A stretch of 64,000 nt of DNA from Mustelus asterias (lineage: Eukaryota): the NCBI RefSeq assembly GCF_964213995.1, contig NW_027590783.1, forward strand, positions 62,001-126,000, written 5' to 3'. The notes under the pieces are model-generated. The model was not told where the DNA came from. It did no database searches and saw only the letters and a list, made by a program, of their open reading frames with translations. Both the position numbers and the translations under genes were made by a program. This document shows, piece after piece, positions 62,692-64,000 of this stretch (positions are counted from its first letter, which is position 1; each line of letters opens with the position of its first letter).

Positions 62692-63376
62692 CAGTGGCGG
62701 ATTAACCATTAGGCTGAGTAGGTTTCAGCTTAGGGGCCCGGAAGGGAGGGGGGCCCGAAAGCAAAAAAAAAATTGGTTTAACCCTTTTAAGGGTGAACAA
62801 ATTTTCATAACTCGACCCCGTGGATGAATTAATATTACAAATACCTATAAATAGAGAAGCTTCACCCCCGGACTTGTGCTACATGCAAATAAATACAAAA
62901 TAAATGCAACAAAGAGTTTATTGTCATGCTATAACATGTATACATACTTATTTTAGTGCATATTTAGTTACATATAGTACTTTTTTCAACATTCACCCTA
63001 ACATAATATTAGTCCCACACCCCAGCACGATGACTGTCACCACTGCCTCCAGTGCTATCAACGTATCATCAAATTCACGATCATCATCTGATAATTCACC
63101 AACATCAACTTCAAAATCCTCGACACCTAAATCACTCCCACTATCATCACTGCATAATCCATCATCAAAACTGTTGTTGAGCGCATTTACCGCCTGTGAA
63201 AACGTCAAAACAGACTTTCGTTTGCGCGCCATCATCGTACAATGATATGTTATCTAACGTCACTTAACGTATCTTTATTCTATTCAACGAAGGGTGGGAC
63301 GGGGGCAAGGGGCAAGGTTTAGGGGGCCTTACCAAAGCTCAGCCTAGGGGTCCGGGTGGTAGTTAATCCACCACTA
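62692..63376. mobile_element. Non-autonomous hAT-type DNA transposon (MITE)
   Basis: 15-bp TIRs CAGTGGCGGATTAAC / GTTAATCCACCACTA (13/15), 8-bp TSD TTCCCTCC / TTCACTCC (7/8), and GGGCCC-rich subterminal repeats. Confidence 0.8.
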
Positions 63377-63942
63377 TTCACTCCCTTCGGGCCCGTAAAC
63401 ACAGAGGAACAAGCATAAGCATAGGCCACGCGAGACAGAAGACGAAGGAGCGACAAAACGGAGTCTTGGTATCAACGGAATAGCTGAAGGGTGGAGCATT
63501 TGACTGCAGGTTAAGAAGTTCCTGCATTCAAATCTGATGCCTCCTTCCACGCTTAACTGATATTTGTTTTTCAATTGAAAACTGCCCTTCATTGGCTGGA
63601 AAGCGCTTTCTGACGTCCGCTGGTCGGGAGAGGTTCGAAATAAATGCAAACATTTCATGATCTTCAATCCCAATCCTCTGTTACTGAGCCCAGTCAGTGG
63701 GAACAGTCTGTCCCTCCCTGCTCTATCAAACGGCCCTTTGCCCATGTTAGGAGAAGGGATTAACCATGTCACCACAGCAACACTGTGGGGTAAAACAGTT
63801 AAATGTACATGTTTAGATTTGTAAACGATACCATCATTTGGTTTTTCTGTGTCAGGTTTGGTGAAAATTGAATTGGCTTCAAATTTGCAGCCAACAAGCT
63901 GACACCCTGATTCAGGATACCATGTGGGCTGTAGTTGCCTCA

Positions 63943-64000
63943 GTCTCTGTGGCGCAATTGGTTAGCGCGTTCGGCTGTTAACCGAAAGGGTGGTGGTTCG
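63943..64000 (+). tRNA. tRNA-Asn(GTT), cut by the window end
   Basis: GTCTCTGTGGCGCAATTGGTTAGCGCGTTCGGCTGTTAACCGAAAGGGTGGTGGTTCG... Confidence 0.88.

Noticed and set aside
63745-63850. CACTGTG at 63781 as a J-segment RSS
   Set aside because: No GGTTTTTGT nonamer upstream at proper spacing and no FGxG motif; it lies in the duplicated tRNA-Asn flank.

Overview
Vertebrate genomic DNA, most likely a shark or other elasmobranch (inferred from HE1-type V-SINEs, abundant CR1 LINEs and Penelope-type remnants; no database check possible). Layout: (1) 1-3.1 kb: a minus-strand 9-finger C2H2 zinc-finger gene, a 5S rRNA pseudogene and a palindromic CCAAT/ETS/GC-box promoter. (2) 3078-9983: a head-to-tail array of four non-coding units (three of ~1.88 kb, one of 1.26 kb). 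Each unit is preceded by the same CCACATCTGTGAG junction, ends in AATAAA plus an A-rich tail, and carries a 626-bp sub-repeat with a recurrent hairpin motif. It resembles a site-specific, non-autonomous retroelement stacked at one target, next to a tRNA-Val pseudogene and a decayed Tx1-clade LINE. (3) 12.9-51 kb and 57-64 kb: a segmentally duplicated tRNA gene and pseudogene field (Glu, Gln, Leu, Val, Lys, Asn, Cys, Thr, Ser). It includes three copies of an intron-containing tRNA-Pro(TGG) and many CR1 LINEs (one nearly full-length), SINEs, Penelope remnants with hammerhead cores and a hAT MITE. (4) 54.4-56.9 kb: two T-cell-receptor alpha/delta-type V segments with 23-bp-spacer RSS, one open and one with a stop. 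Most ORFs in the supplied track are spurious. Coordinates were read by eye; boundaries of old repeats are approximate.
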